Source: Hyphomicrobiales bacterium (GTDB lineage: Bacteria > Pseudomonadota > Alphaproteobacteria > Rhizobiales > Beijerinckiaceae). Taken from it: a stretch of 64,000 nucleotides of DNA. Shown here piece by piece: positions 52,434 through 61,185 of the stretch; the first letter of the stretch is position 1, and each line of letters opens with the position of its first letter. The position numbers and the translations under genes were made by a program. Below the pieces are notes generated by a model. The model did no database searches and was not told the DNA's origin. It saw only the letters and a list, made by a program, of their open reading frames with translations. The stretch lies in contig JAIYCE010000047.1 of NCBI GenBank assembly GCA_027488155.1, positions 30,530 through 94,529 of the forward strand, read 5' to 3'.

Positions 52434-52781
52434 ATGCGGCTGCGTTCCGATATCTGGGTTTCCGCCTTTTTGCGGCGCGCTGAAATTGAGGGTGCCTTCG
52501 CCGTTTTGCGCAAACGCGGCGCCGCAGAGGCGGGTGCCATTTTCATTCGCCTCGATCGCCTCGATGGAACTGTTGCTCTCTATGGTCCAGCACCGCAAAG
52601 CGAGATGGGGACTGATGACCCCATGCGCCTTTTCCGCCGGATGCATGAAGCGGACTGGAGCGATGCGCTCACCGTAGAAGACAGGTTGATGCGTGAGATG
52701 AAATTCGATCCCGATCTGTGGATTGTTGACCTTGAAGATCGTCAAGGCCGTCATTTTCTCGACGATGCGCTGATTGGCTGA
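52434..52781 (+). CDS. DUF1491 family protein
   Basis: MRLRSDIWVSA, GAAEAGAIFI, FDPDLWIVDLED. Confidence 0.85.
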   Translation: MRLRSDIWVSAFLRRAEIEGAFAVLRKRGAAEAGAIFIRLDRLDGTVALYGPAPQSEMGTDDPMRLFRRMHEADWSDALTVEDRLMREMKFDPDLWIVDLEDRQGRHFLDDALIG

Positions 52782-53768
52782 TCAGCGCCCTCCAATCCTT
52801 CTCAGTAATGCTAAGGCGATTCCGGGTAAAACACCTGTGGCAATGTCCGAGAGCGCCGAAAGTCGACCTGCTTGTCGCGCCGGTTGTGTCGGCCAATGCG
52901 CCAAGATCGATAAAATGTCGAATCCGCGCAGCTCCGTGGCCGCACATAGCAACGCCAAAGGTTCGCCCGAACTATCGCTGCACAAAACTTCAACATAAGC
53001 GGGGTCAAGCCCCAGAAACTCGGCAAGCGGCCCGTAACGGCCACGGCTCGCTTCCTCGAACGCCGCCATCCGAAGCTCCATCGTCCGGTCGGCTTCGGCT
53101 GGGCGAAGTGCGGGGGCAAGGAGAGGGGCGCATTCGGCTATCAGTTTAGTGCGTGCAAGAATATCGCCGCGCATGAAAAGCGGCAGCCGTTCAAGCGGCT
53201 GAATATCGCGCCGCCGCAATAGTGCGGCCGCAATCGTTCCATCGAAACGTGCACGCAATAGCAATGTACGGCGGATTTCGCGCGGTAACAGCAAAGCATG
53301 ATTGTCGGCTAGCGCGGTATCGACGAGGCTTTCGTCGCGATCGATCAACACGGCAAGAAGTGTGTGGGGCAATGTCGTACGAAGTGCCAAAGCGGCAGCG
53401 ATCTGCATATGGCCGCGGCGCGCAACGGCCAGCAGATAGGTTTCGTCGAGAAAAACGGCTTCGGCATGAAGCGTCAACGCTGCATCGGGTGAACGCTCCA
53501 TGAGCGCAAAGGCGATGGCAGGATCGACGTCAGGGCAGGGGCAAAGCTCGGTCGCGACATCGAAGGCCGTCGCAGCATCGGTAGCAGGCAAGGCTGCCAG
53601 AATATCAAGCGTGAAACGTTCTCTTTGCGCCTCTGATCGCCGTGGCTGGCTGACATAAAGCTTCACCATGATGCGCAATTGACGTGCAACTTCGTTGGCG
53701 GGCCGTACAAGTGGCAGATCGACTGATGTGTCGTCGGAGGACAAGGCAAAAGGCAGCATGGCGGCCAT
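52782..53768 (-). CDS. DUF2336-like helical protein
   Basis: Helical Ala/Leu-rich protein with DSSGEPLALLC motif; conserved neighbourhood; start uncertain. Confidence 0.65.
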   Translation of the reverse strand: MAAMLPFALSSDDTSVDLPLVRPANEVARQLRIMVKLYVSQPRRSEAQRERFTLDILAALPATDAATAFDVATELCPCPDVDPAIAFALMERSPDAALTLHAEAVFLDETYLLAVARRGHMQIAAALALRTTLPHTLLAVLIDRDESLVDTALADNHALLLPREIRRTLLLRARFDGTIAAALLRRRDIQPLERLPLFMRGDILARTKLIAECAPLLAPALRPAEADRTMELRMAAFEEASRGRYGPLAEFLGLDPAYVEVLCSDSSGEPLALLCAATELRGFDILSILAHWPTQPARQAGRLSALSDIATGVLPGIALALLRRIGGR

Positions 53769-53811
53769 CGCGGTACGAATTACAACTTTGGCAACCCTAA
53801 GCTTGCAATCG

Positions 53812-53830
53812 TTCAATTTGTGTTAACCAT
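53812..53830 (+). promoter_or_regulatory. Candidate CtrA box
   Basis: TTCA-N7-TTAACCAT, close to TTAA-N7-TTAAC, between divergent genes. Confidence 0.55.
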
Positions 53831-53873
53831 AGTGGGTTCATCTGGGGCATCGCAATGACTATACGGAAGCTTC

Positions 53874-54050
53874 ATGGGTGAGATTGTTTGCCTTCCCGAC
53901 CGCATCGCGCGACCCTTAAGACGGGCCGAAATCAATCAGCCCGGTGCCAGTGCACAGATTCTCATGTTCACTGGCATTCGCTACGAACGGATGGGCGACC
54001 CGCAAGTGAGGCCCGATCCCAAAAAGCCGCGCGGCCGCCGCCGCGCCTGA
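53874..54050 (+). CDS. 58-aa small protein below the ORF-track cutoff
   Basis: [58 protein letters not shown]; fills the gap before the YcgN gene. Confidence 0.7.
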   Translation: MGEIVCLPDRIARPLRRAEINQPGASAQILMFTGIRYERMGDPQVRPDPKKPRGRRRA

Positions 54051-54105
54051 CTGGCAAAGCAGCTCGCGACGGCCTAAAGTGCAGTCCTTGCCCGGCGAGC
54101 GCTCA

Positions 54106-54597
54106 ATGACAGAAACACCTGCCGCGCCGTTCTGGCGCCTCAAATCTCTTGGCGAACTCAACGATGCCGAGTGGGAAAGTCTGTGTGATGGCTGTGGCCG
54201 TTGTTGCCTCGTCAAGCTTGAGGACGCAGACGATGGCCGTATCCTGCCGACCAATGTTGCCTGCCGCCTCTTCGACGGCGACCGCTGTACCTGTCGCGAT
54301 TATCCCAATCGCACTGCGCGCGTTCCCGATTGTCTCCAATTGACGCCAGAACTTGTCGCCTCACTCCGCTGGTTACCGCCAAGTTGTGCCTACCGCCTCG
54401 TGCATCAGGGTGAAGACCTGCCCGAATGGCATCATCTGAAAACCGGCAGCCGCGACAGCGTCCATGAAGCCGGCGCTTCGGTGCGTGGCCGCATCAGCGC
54501 CTGGGAAGACGAGGTCGCAGAGATAGACTGGCCGGAGCACATCGTCCGCTGGCCGTTGCAATGGCCCCGCCAGCGGCGCGTGAAGAAACAGGCGTGA
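54106..54597 (+). CDS. YcgN family cysteine cluster protein
   Basis: [27 protein letters not shown]. Confidence 0.9.
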   Translation: MTETPAAPFWRLKSLGELNDAEWESLCDGCGRCCLVKLEDADDGRILPTNVACRLFDGDRCTCRDYPNRTARVPDCLQLTPELVASLRWLPPSCAYRLVHQGEDLPEWHHLKTGSRDSVHEAGASVRGRISAWEDEVAEIDWPEHIVRWPLQWPRQRRVKKQA

Positions 54598-54701
54598 TGT
54601 GGGAGAAGACAAAAAGCGGGAAGATCTGGAAGTCGTGAGCCATTGATCGTTGACTGCCGCCTGTCTTCAGAACTTTTTTGCCTAAGCCAACATTCCAATC
54701 G

Positions 54702-55460
54702 TCATCTATTCCATTTTTTAAGTGTGGTGTTGATAAAGCTGCGTTGCGGCTGAACGAGAAGCCCTTGCGTTAACGCACCGCAGCGCTGCTTGCCCGGGCC
54801 TTCGGCATAAATTGTTACGGCCACAAGTGACCCGTCAGCGTTAAAAATAGGGCCGCCGGAATCGCCTGTGCAAGCTCCAGCACCAGAAGCCTTTGTTCCC
54901 GTGGCAGGATCAGTGAGCCAGACGAGAATGGAACTTGGTCCGTAGGGTTCAATGACGCCGAGTGTGGCGATACGAAAAACGCCGCTACTCGCAGGGTCAT
55001 TCTCGTTGCCTAGCCCGTAACCTCCAACGGTGAGCCTTTCGCCTGCGCGCGGTATGGCATCAGATAAACTTACGCGATCAAATAGTGACGGCAATGGCGA
55101 TTGTAATTTTACGAGTGCAAGATCAATCGATCGCTTGCGCGCTTGTGCAGCATCCTTTTTGTAGCCTGGATGGATTGCGATGGCTGCCGGTGCTTCAAGC
55201 ACGGGTGTTCCATCAGTGCTCCGCCAATGGATGCGGTAATCAGAACTTCCCGTCACGCAATGCGCCGCGGTAAGAAGTACGTCCTGCTTCAGCACGATGG
55301 CACTACAGAACGATCCCTTCGAGCCTAGGATCATGACAGTGTGAGGCTGTAGGTTTCGGTCCGCAGTGCTTTTCACCATGGCGGCCGCAGGTGCTAACAG
55401 CGGGCATATCCAAACCGAAACCCAAGCCCAAACCCAAACCCAAACAAATAAAAGGCGCAT
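54702..55460 (-). CDS. Secreted trypsin-like (S1) serine protease
   Basis: LTAAHC, DLALV, CTGDSGGP catalytic triad motifs. Confidence 0.9.
   Translation of the reverse strand: MRLLFVWVWVWAWVSVWICPLLAPAAAMVKSTADRNLQPHTVMILGSKGSFCSAIVLKQDVLLTAAHCVTGSSDYRIHWRSTDGTPVLEAPAAIAIHPGYKKDAAQARKRSIDLALVKLQSPLPSLFDRVSLSDAIPRAGERLTVGGYGLGNENDPASSGVFRIATLGVIEPYGPSSILVWLTDPATGTKASGAGACTGDSGGPIFNADGSLVAVTIYAEGPGKQRCGALTQGLLVQPQRSFINTTLKKWNR
55409..55444. repeat. CCCAAA-type hexamer microsatellite (6 units)
   Basis: tccaaa ccgaaa cccaag cccaaa cccaaa cccaaa; encodes VWVWVWAWVSVW in the protease signal peptide. Confidence 0.8.
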
Positions 55461-55643
55461 CGCGATATCTCCGCATCTTGTTTAGCGAAGATCTATTACG
55501 CTGGAAAGAGAGCCGTTCCGTTGATTGATTGCACGGGGCTAGAAGGCTCGGGATGCAATCTCATTCCGCTCTCCTGATTGTTGGGAGATCAGGTAGAGAT
55601 GGGCCCGCCCGCGCAATAGAACGCGGTCGTTTCAAATGACGCT

Positions 55644-55886
55644 TCACGCAGCCGCGCGTAGCATTGATGAAATTTCATCTTTCAGCTTAAGGCGCTCTTT
55701 TTTGAGCTTCTCAAGGACCTCATCGCTTGTTGGCTCCACATCTGTCTCAACACGGTGGATTTCACGATTGAGGTGTTCATAGCGGTCGGCCAGACGGGCA
55801 AAATGGGCGTCACCAATTTTTAGTTTGGAAATGGCAGCTGCAGCCTGTGGGAATTCTTCATGCAAGCCGTGGGGGACGTGGGTCAT
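55644..55886 (-). CDS. YdcH/DUF465 family protein
   Basis: HGLHEEFP, HFARL, LKKERLKLKDEI; AGGAG SD. Confidence 0.85.
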   Translation of the reverse strand: MTHVPHGLHEEFPQAAAAISKLKIGDAHFARLADRYEHLNREIHRVETDVEPTSDEVLEKLKKERLKLKDEISSMLRAAA

Positions 55887-55950
55887 AGCTAAGGCTCCTT
55901 ATGAGGCATAACGGTACCGTTCTGTTTAGGAAGTGCCGCTCCGGGTTGCG

Positions 55951-55964
55951 TTGAGCCAAATCAA
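55951..55964. promoter_or_regulatory. Candidate FNR/FixK box
   Basis: TTGAG-CCAA-ATCAA (9/10 match to TTGAT-N4-ATCAA), 65-78 nt upstream of the DUF465 start. Confidence 0.6.
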
Positions 55965-56216
55965 GAGGTTTCACCTTACCACCGGCGCCCATGGCTCTTG
56001 CCGTAGGATTGTCCACGCTCCCCGGTTAAAACAACAAAAACGCATTTATTTCTAGATACTTATTATAGGTTTAGCTTTGTTCTGCCAAAATGCGGCTCGA
56101 GGCTTTCAAAATAAGAAAATTTACCTAAAATATATCTAAATTTATCAAAAAAGCCTTGTCGACGGGGGGCTCAATCAAAATGGCTTATCGCGATGCATGA
56201 CGCTCGCCTAACCGAT

Positions 56217-56822
56217 CTATTCGAATGTCTTAGGATCTAGACCGGTATTCGGGCCAGTCCTTTGTAAGTCAGACAGAAGGCGAAGCGCCTTTTTACGGCG
56301 CGATAAAGCGCGCCGCTCGTAACGATCAAGGCGCTGCAAAAGAGATGCGATTAGCTTACATTTCTCTGGCAAAGGAGGATTACTTTCCACGAAACGCTCG
56401 CGAGAATTTTCTATAACAAAATCTGCTTCTTCATCATCATCTTCAATGTGCTTTGCAGCAGACAAAAGTTTTCTGAAATCCTTTTGGGTTGGGATAATTA
56501 ATTGAATAATTGATCGGCTTAGCGCTTGGCTTCTAAGTGATCTAATCCGCTCTACGTCGAGGTGAGCTTCAGAAAAAGAGCAGGCAGCATACCAGGCGGT
56601 AGGGTCGTTTTTTGAGAGATTGATTGATTCCAAAATGATATGAGCTAGTCGCTCTATGGCTGCTCTCGAATTTGGAAGGAGGCCAATAGGGATGGAGAGC
56701 CCGTGTGTGAGGGCGTTTCGTGAAACCCTTAATTTTCCAGCCTCCGTCTTTGGTCCAGAGCTCTTTCGTGCATTGGTGCGCCTCGCTTGTTTGGCACGTT
56801 TGGCACGTTCGTTAAGCCTCAT
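56217..56822 (-). CDS. Hypothetical protein with an NARKSSGPKT...NALTHGL N-terminus
   Basis: 201-aa ORF; basic motif recalled from an uncharacterised island-associated family; C-terminal RLDRYERRALSRRKKA. Confidence 0.7.
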   Translation of the reverse strand: MRLNERAKRAKQARRTNARKSSGPKTEAGKLRVSRNALTHGLSIPIGLLPNSRAAIERLAHIILESINLSKNDPTAWYAACSFSEAHLDVERIRSLRSQALSRSIIQLIIPTQKDFRKLLSAAKHIEDDDEEADFVIENSRERFVESNPPLPEKCKLIASLLQRLDRYERRALSRRKKALRLLSDLQRTGPNTGLDPKTFE

Positions 56823-56934
56823 GATTGCTCCGAAGATGAAGTAGCAGGGCCATTGCCCAATCCTTGATCAGATTTTGCTACCGAAGATGGCCGAGATGAG
56901 CTTCTTGCCAGAGAATTCATATTATTCTCAGCCT

Positions 56935-57552
56935 CTACAACGGAATAAGAACCATCAGCATTCTTGACTGCCTCTTAAAGCCGTCACGGTAGCGATCAAT
57001 TTCCCTAAAAAATGCGAAGCGACGGCTTTCGAGTACTGAAATCATACTTTCAATCTTTTGGATCTGATCAAGGCGGAGCTCAATTGCCTTTAACTGAATG
57101 GCCTCCTGCTTCAGGCCCCGTTTTTTCAGGATTTCATTGACTTGGGATGTCGCCTCTGGTGCTCCACGCGTCCATGCGCCTGATAGTTGATCTGCGCGAA
57201 TGCGGTCTAATGCAGGGGCAACAAGATTGCTCACTGCTTGAGGGTAAGCTGTCTTAACCAAGGCAATCTTGCTTCTTTGGAGGCGATTGATATCAAAGGT
57301 CAGGATCGCAGCGTCACGGATATAAATATACTCGATCGCATCAGACGGGATGACGCTCAAAAGCAATTGATTGAAGAGTGCTTCGAAATCTTCAGGCTTC
57401 TCGTTAGAGAGAAGCGCGGGGCTGGCGAGGCAGGTTTCCAAGTCGCTGAAGCGTTTTCTGATTTGATGATGTGAAGGCGAACGTAAGATGAGTTCTTCTT
57501 CACCCCGCAACGACAATTGTTCATTGTTCGTCGGATTTTTTCCTTTAGCCAT
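56935..57552 (-). CDS. Hypothetical helical protein, probably frameshifted near the 3' end
   Basis: 205-aa ORF (PALLSNEKPEDFEAL...); an alternative frame is open 56974 to 56819 and ends in an ATGA overlap with the next gene. Confidence 0.65.
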   Translation of the reverse strand: MAKGKNPTNNEQLSLRGEEELILRSPSHHQIRKRFSDLETCLASPALLSNEKPEDFEALFNQLLLSVIPSDAIEYIYIRDAAILTFDINRLQRSKIALVKTAYPQAVSNLVAPALDRIRADQLSGAWTRGAPEATSQVNEILKKRGLKQEAIQLKAIELRLDQIQKIESMISVLESRRFAFFREIDRYRDGFKRQSRMLMVLIPL

Positions 57553-57803
57553 CGAATGCGCTCCTGAAAAAAGGGCGTTGGTCTGATGGCTATTGAAATT
57601 ACTACATTTGCCGGTTTGCTACGAACATGATTCTTGAAAAGACAAATTGTAAGCCAAAAAACAGGGAAAAGGCCTGTGGATAACTTCTCGATAAGCCGCA
57701 GAAATCGACAATTAAAGGGGCCTTGAAACACGAATCTCACCCATCAACGATCGTCTTTTTTTGACGACAGCAATCGCTCCGATTCGCCGTCAGCTAATGA
57801 TCA

Positions 57804-58037
57804 CTATTTAAGTTGCACGCCAGGATTGTGATCAGGCGATCCGGTGAATTCAACGCCGGCCTCTTCAAACGCACGCTTGAGGTCATTTAAGGTTCGCCCC
57901 TGAGCCGTTGGAGAAACGCCCGCCTCTTTTTCAAGCCGCTGGATTGTCGGCAAGCTTAACCCGGATCGTTCGGCAGCCTCTCTCGCAGACCAGCCAAGCA
58001 ATCCTCGGGCAGCACGGATCTGTGGGCCTATAATCAA
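57804..58037 (-). CDS. XRE-family HTH regulator
   Basis: QIRAARGLLGWS...SGLSLPTIQRLE...FEEAGVEF; TTG start. Confidence 0.85.
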   Translation of the reverse strand: MIIGPQIRAARGLLGWSAREAAERSGLSLPTIQRLEKEAGVSPTAQGRTLNDLKRAFEEAGVEFTGSPDHNPGVQLK

Positions 58038-58042
58038 AATAC

Positions 58043-58086
58043 TTGACCTAAATTACATCTCAAGATATAAATTAAATCATGAGATG
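58043..58086 (+). promoter_or_regulatory. Sigma70-like promoter overlapped by an inverted-repeat operator
   Basis: TTGACC (58043-48)-N17-TATAAA (58066-71); inverted repeat CATCTCAAGAT (58056-66) / ATCATGAGATG (58076-86), 10/11 match. Confidence 0.65.
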
Positions 58087-58097
58087 GAGATGACAGA

Positions 58098-59366
58098 ATG
58101 AATCTTAATTCAGGATCGCAGTACTGGCACCTAACCCTTCAAGGCAAATCTTTGCCTATCCACGAAAATGATCCTCAGGAGGGGTGGTACCGGACGCTGC
58201 CGCGGAAGGGGTATCGGTCTTTGGCGGTTATGATCTGGCGGGATGAGGGCTCGGGTGAGCTTCTGGCGCTTCGGGATGGGCAGGGGGTTGATCCTTATGA
58301 GGTCTGGACTTGGGTGTGCATGAACCCGGTCTCAGTAGAGGCCTATGAGGCTGTGGTTGAGAAGGGCGCGGCATGGCCCGACGAGATTGGGCTTGGCCGA
58401 GATCTTGGCCGAGACAAAGCGATTGGTCGTCGTTCAGTGGAATGGCGCGGCGAGCAGCGGAGACGTGGGTCTGAAGGGGTGAGGCCTGTCACACTGACAG
58501 CCCCAGCTCTTGGGAACACAGCCACGATGGCAGTCGCAGTGCGCGGGAAAGTGGATAGTCAGAGACCCACTACCACAAAGGCAGTCGACTCTCATTTGGC
58601 TGCCACAATGGCAGTTGATCAGGGTTTGGGGACTGCCAGAAAGGCAGGCGCTGATGTCAATGCGCGCGTGAGCAGCGCCTCATCTCAGAGCCTGATCGGC
58701 CATAATAGCAGTCGATCATTCCAGAAGAGTGATCCGACTATCCTGGCAGTGCTCGATGATCAGCAGGCTGGCGAGCCGGCTGAAGCATTAGCCGATGAGA
58801 TTGCATTGTTGTGGAATGAGGTCTCGGCTTGGCTGGAGCAGACTGGAATAATTGCCGATCAGGTCACGGCGGATCGCTGCGCCAATTATGCGGATGCCTT
58901 GAGTGATCTTGAGAAGAAGGCTGCAGCCTTCAGGACGGCTGAGAAGAAGCCCGTGTTGGATCAAGGCCGCGCGATCGATGCCAGATGGAAGCCGATTGTG
59001 ACGGCGGCTGATGAGGCCAAGCGGGTCTGCAAGAAAGCAATTGAGCCGTTCTTGATTGCTGAGACAGAGCGTCTTGAACGGGAGTTCATGGAACAGCTAA
59101 AAGCCGAGAATGGTGACGTCTCTCTTTTGGGATTGGCTTCACTGACAGCGAAGGCGGGCACCTTTGGAAGGACGCTCTCGTTAAGGCGGGTCAGGAAGGT
59201 TGTGGTGTCGGATCGCACAGCCCTCATCAACCACTACCATCGCGATCCGCGCTTTCTGAATGATGAGAGTGTGCAGAAGCTTTTGGTCAAATTGGCTGAT
59301 CATGATCTGCAAGCGGGTTTATCTTTACCGGGTGCGACCAGCATTGAGGAGAAGGTTGCAGCTTAG
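58098..59366 (+). CDS. Phage-like hypothetical protein (Trp-rich N-domain, repeat linker, coiled-coil C-domain)
   Basis: 422-aa ORF with GGAG SD; DPQEGWYR...WRD...WTW...WPDE, GHN, EKKPVLDQGRAIDARWK. Confidence 0.7.
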   Translation: MNLNSGSQYWHLTLQGKSLPIHENDPQEGWYRTLPRKGYRSLAVMIWRDEGSGELLALRDGQGVDPYEVWTWVCMNPVSVEAYEAVVEKGAAWPDEIGLGRDLGRDKAIGRRSVEWRGEQRRRGSEGVRPVTLTAPALGNTATMAVAVRGKVDSQRPTTTKAVDSHLAATMAVDQGLGTARKAGADVNARVSSASSQSLIGHNSSRSFQKSDPTILAVLDDQQAGEPAEALADEIALLWNEVSAWLEQTGIIADQVTADRCANYADALSDLEKKAAAFRTAEKKPVLDQGRAIDARWKPIVTAADEAKRVCKKAIEPFLIAETERLEREFMEQLKAENGDVSLLGLASLTAKAGTFGRTLSLRRVRKVVVSDRTALINHYHRDPRFLNDESVQKLLVKLADHDLQAGLSLPGATSIEEKVAA

Positions 59367-59583
59367 CGAGATCAGATCAGAGATTAGAACATTGATTGGG
59401 CTTTGAAGATCTCGCCTGATCGTCAGAGGCTCTCACACTGGCAAGAGCATTCGCTAGCTTGACCCTTTGAGGGGCTATCCAGGCCAGCATTCGCATTTTG
59501 AACCATCGCGACACGCCACGCTGGCACCATGCGGCGTGAATGAGATCGCTTGTCCGGATTTTGAACGAGAAGGAGAGACAATC

Positions 59584-61185
59584 ATGGTCGGCCAATACAA
59601 TCAACAGCACACAGCTTCGTTCTGGCATGAGGAGGAGGCGCGATCTGCCTCAGGTCCCTTCGGCTCTCCTGATCCTTATGGATCGCCATCCTCTTCACGT
59701 GATCATGGGCGCGATCACGGGCTTGAACCTGAGGCCGATGGCCTGCGCTCCCCTGCAAGACCGCGCCGGCGTGATCTGATGGCAGGCTCTCGGCCTAGAC
59801 CCATCGTTCCAAAATCCCTCTCTGAGGCCTACCGGATTGCTCAAGCAGTCTGTGCCGCCAAGATGGCGCCCAAGGGTCTGGAGACGCCTGAGGCCTGCAT
59901 GATTGCGATCATGCATGGATTGGAAGTAGGCCTGTCTCCTCTCTCTGCTCTGCAAAGGATTGCCGTCATCAATGGACGTCCCACTCTGTGGGGGGATGGA
60001 GCACTTGCTCTCGTTAAAGCCTCAGGCCTGTGTGAAGCGATCGAGGAATGGATTGAGGGCGATGATGATAATCCCTCCTCCTGGATGGCGATCTGTAATC
60101 TGATCCGCAAACATGATCCTGTGCCTGTTGAACGGCGGTTCTCAAGCGCTGACGCCAAACGCGCCAAGCTCTGGGGCAAGTCAGGACCTTGGTCAGACTA
60201 TCCCAAGCGCATGCTGCAAATGAGAGCGCGCGCCTTTGCCCTCAGAGACGCGTTCCCCGATGTCTTGGGAGGTCTCTATCTCACGGAAGAGTTTTTGGGC
60301 GAGGCGGAAAGCTCAGAGCAGGCTCCAGCATCGGATCCCTCATCTTCGCCATCGTCAGTCACATCTTGGCCGGCGTCAGTGGCGGCAGCATCATCGACGG
60401 CATCGGCACCCTTGTCGGCTACGTCATCGGGCACGTCCGGGCAGATATCATCCTCAACATCAAGGGTGACATCAGGGGCGGCGGTGAGAACTGATCAGAC
60501 CGATCAGGTTCAGCCCGGTCTCACGGCGCATGAAGTTGGCCAGAAAAACGTTCAGCATCCAGCGACATTCAAAGACAATGCCGGCATCAATGCTGACCCG
60601 CGATCCGCACATCAGCCTCAAGAGCATCGCGAAGATCGCAGGGATCACGAGGCCGACCAGCCGCACCAACCTGACACAAGCGAGCAAACCTATGCCCGCC
60701 TGCTGCCCCTCGCCAATCTGCGGCGTACCCGCTCAATGTCGCGCGAAGTCCGTGCGCTCCGCTTCCGAAACCAATGGTCGATCAGACAGCCCAAAGGTCC
60801 AAGGCCTCAGCCAAACGCCGCGTTCGGGGATCCTCAGAATGACCCAACTGCGACGTCATCTCACGAAGGTGGCCTAAGCCAGAACAAAGCAAATCCAATT
60901 AAACTAAACGCGCCAGTTCAGGACGAACGCGCACAACAGCTCTATCCCTCACCGCTCCAAAACCATTTTATCCCACCTGAAGACGTCACCGCCCATCTCG
61001 ATCTCTATGACGCTGCCCTCTGTTGCGCCCAGGATGAGGAAACGCTTACTGAGATTGCTGACGAGTTCACGGAGCGGCTGACAGCGCTACCGATCAAAGC
61101 CCGTCAACAAGCGGAATCCATTCTCAAGCGGCACAGCAACAGGCTTACCATAAGCCCGCACCATGGCAGGTCTGATCATGAATAA
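59584..61185 (+). CDS. recT: RecT-family ssDNA-annealing protein with long disordered extensions
   Basis: GLEVGLSPLSALQRIAVINGRPTLWGDG, AKRAKLWGKSGPWSDYPKRMLQMRARAFALRDAFPDVLGG; AAGGAG SD before ATG 59584. Confidence 0.8.
   Translation: MVGQYNQQHTASFWHEEEARSASGPFGSPDPYGSPSSSRDHGRDHGLEPEADGLRSPARPRRRDLMAGSRPRPIVPKSLSEAYRIAQAVCAAKMAPKGLETPEACMIAIMHGLEVGLSPLSALQRIAVINGRPTLWGDGALALVKASGLCEAIEEWIEGDDDNPSSWMAICNLIRKHDPVPVERRFSSADAKRAKLWGKSGPWSDYPKRMLQMRARAFALRDAFPDVLGGLYLTEEFLGEAESSEQAPASDPSSSPSSVTSWPASVAAASSTASAPLSATSSGTSGQISSSTSRVTSGAAVRTDQTDQVQPGLTAHEVGQKNVQHPATFKDNAGINADPRSAHQPQEHREDRRDHEADQPHQPDTSEQTYARLLPLANLRRTRSMSREVRALRFRNQWSIRQPKGPRPQPNAAFGDPQNDPTATSSHEGGLSQNKANPIKLNAPVQDERAQQLYPSPLQNHFIPPEDVTAHLDLYDAALCCAQDEETLTEIADEFTERLTALPIKARQQAESILKRHSNRLTISPHHGRSDHE
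60328..60483. repeat. Degenerate 12-bp tandem array (13 units), Ser-rich tetrapeptides
   Basis: gcatcggatccc tcatcttcgcca tcgtcagtcaca ... tcaagggtgaca tcaggggcggcg. Confidence 0.7.

Noticed and set aside
55890-56216. Possible tRNA or att integration site at the islet's left edge
   Set aside because: No cloverleaf or TpsiC motif, and no direct repeat matching the right edge found by eye
59367-59583. Possible ncRNA, dif site or the 83-aa antisense ORF in the operon gap
   Set aside because: No recognisable XerC/XerD arms, no stable known fold, no coding signal
60189-60494. Hydrophobic Ile/Gly-rich alternative-frame ORF inside recT
   Set aside because: Explained as an off-frame reading of the 12-bp Ser repeat; weak start, no SD
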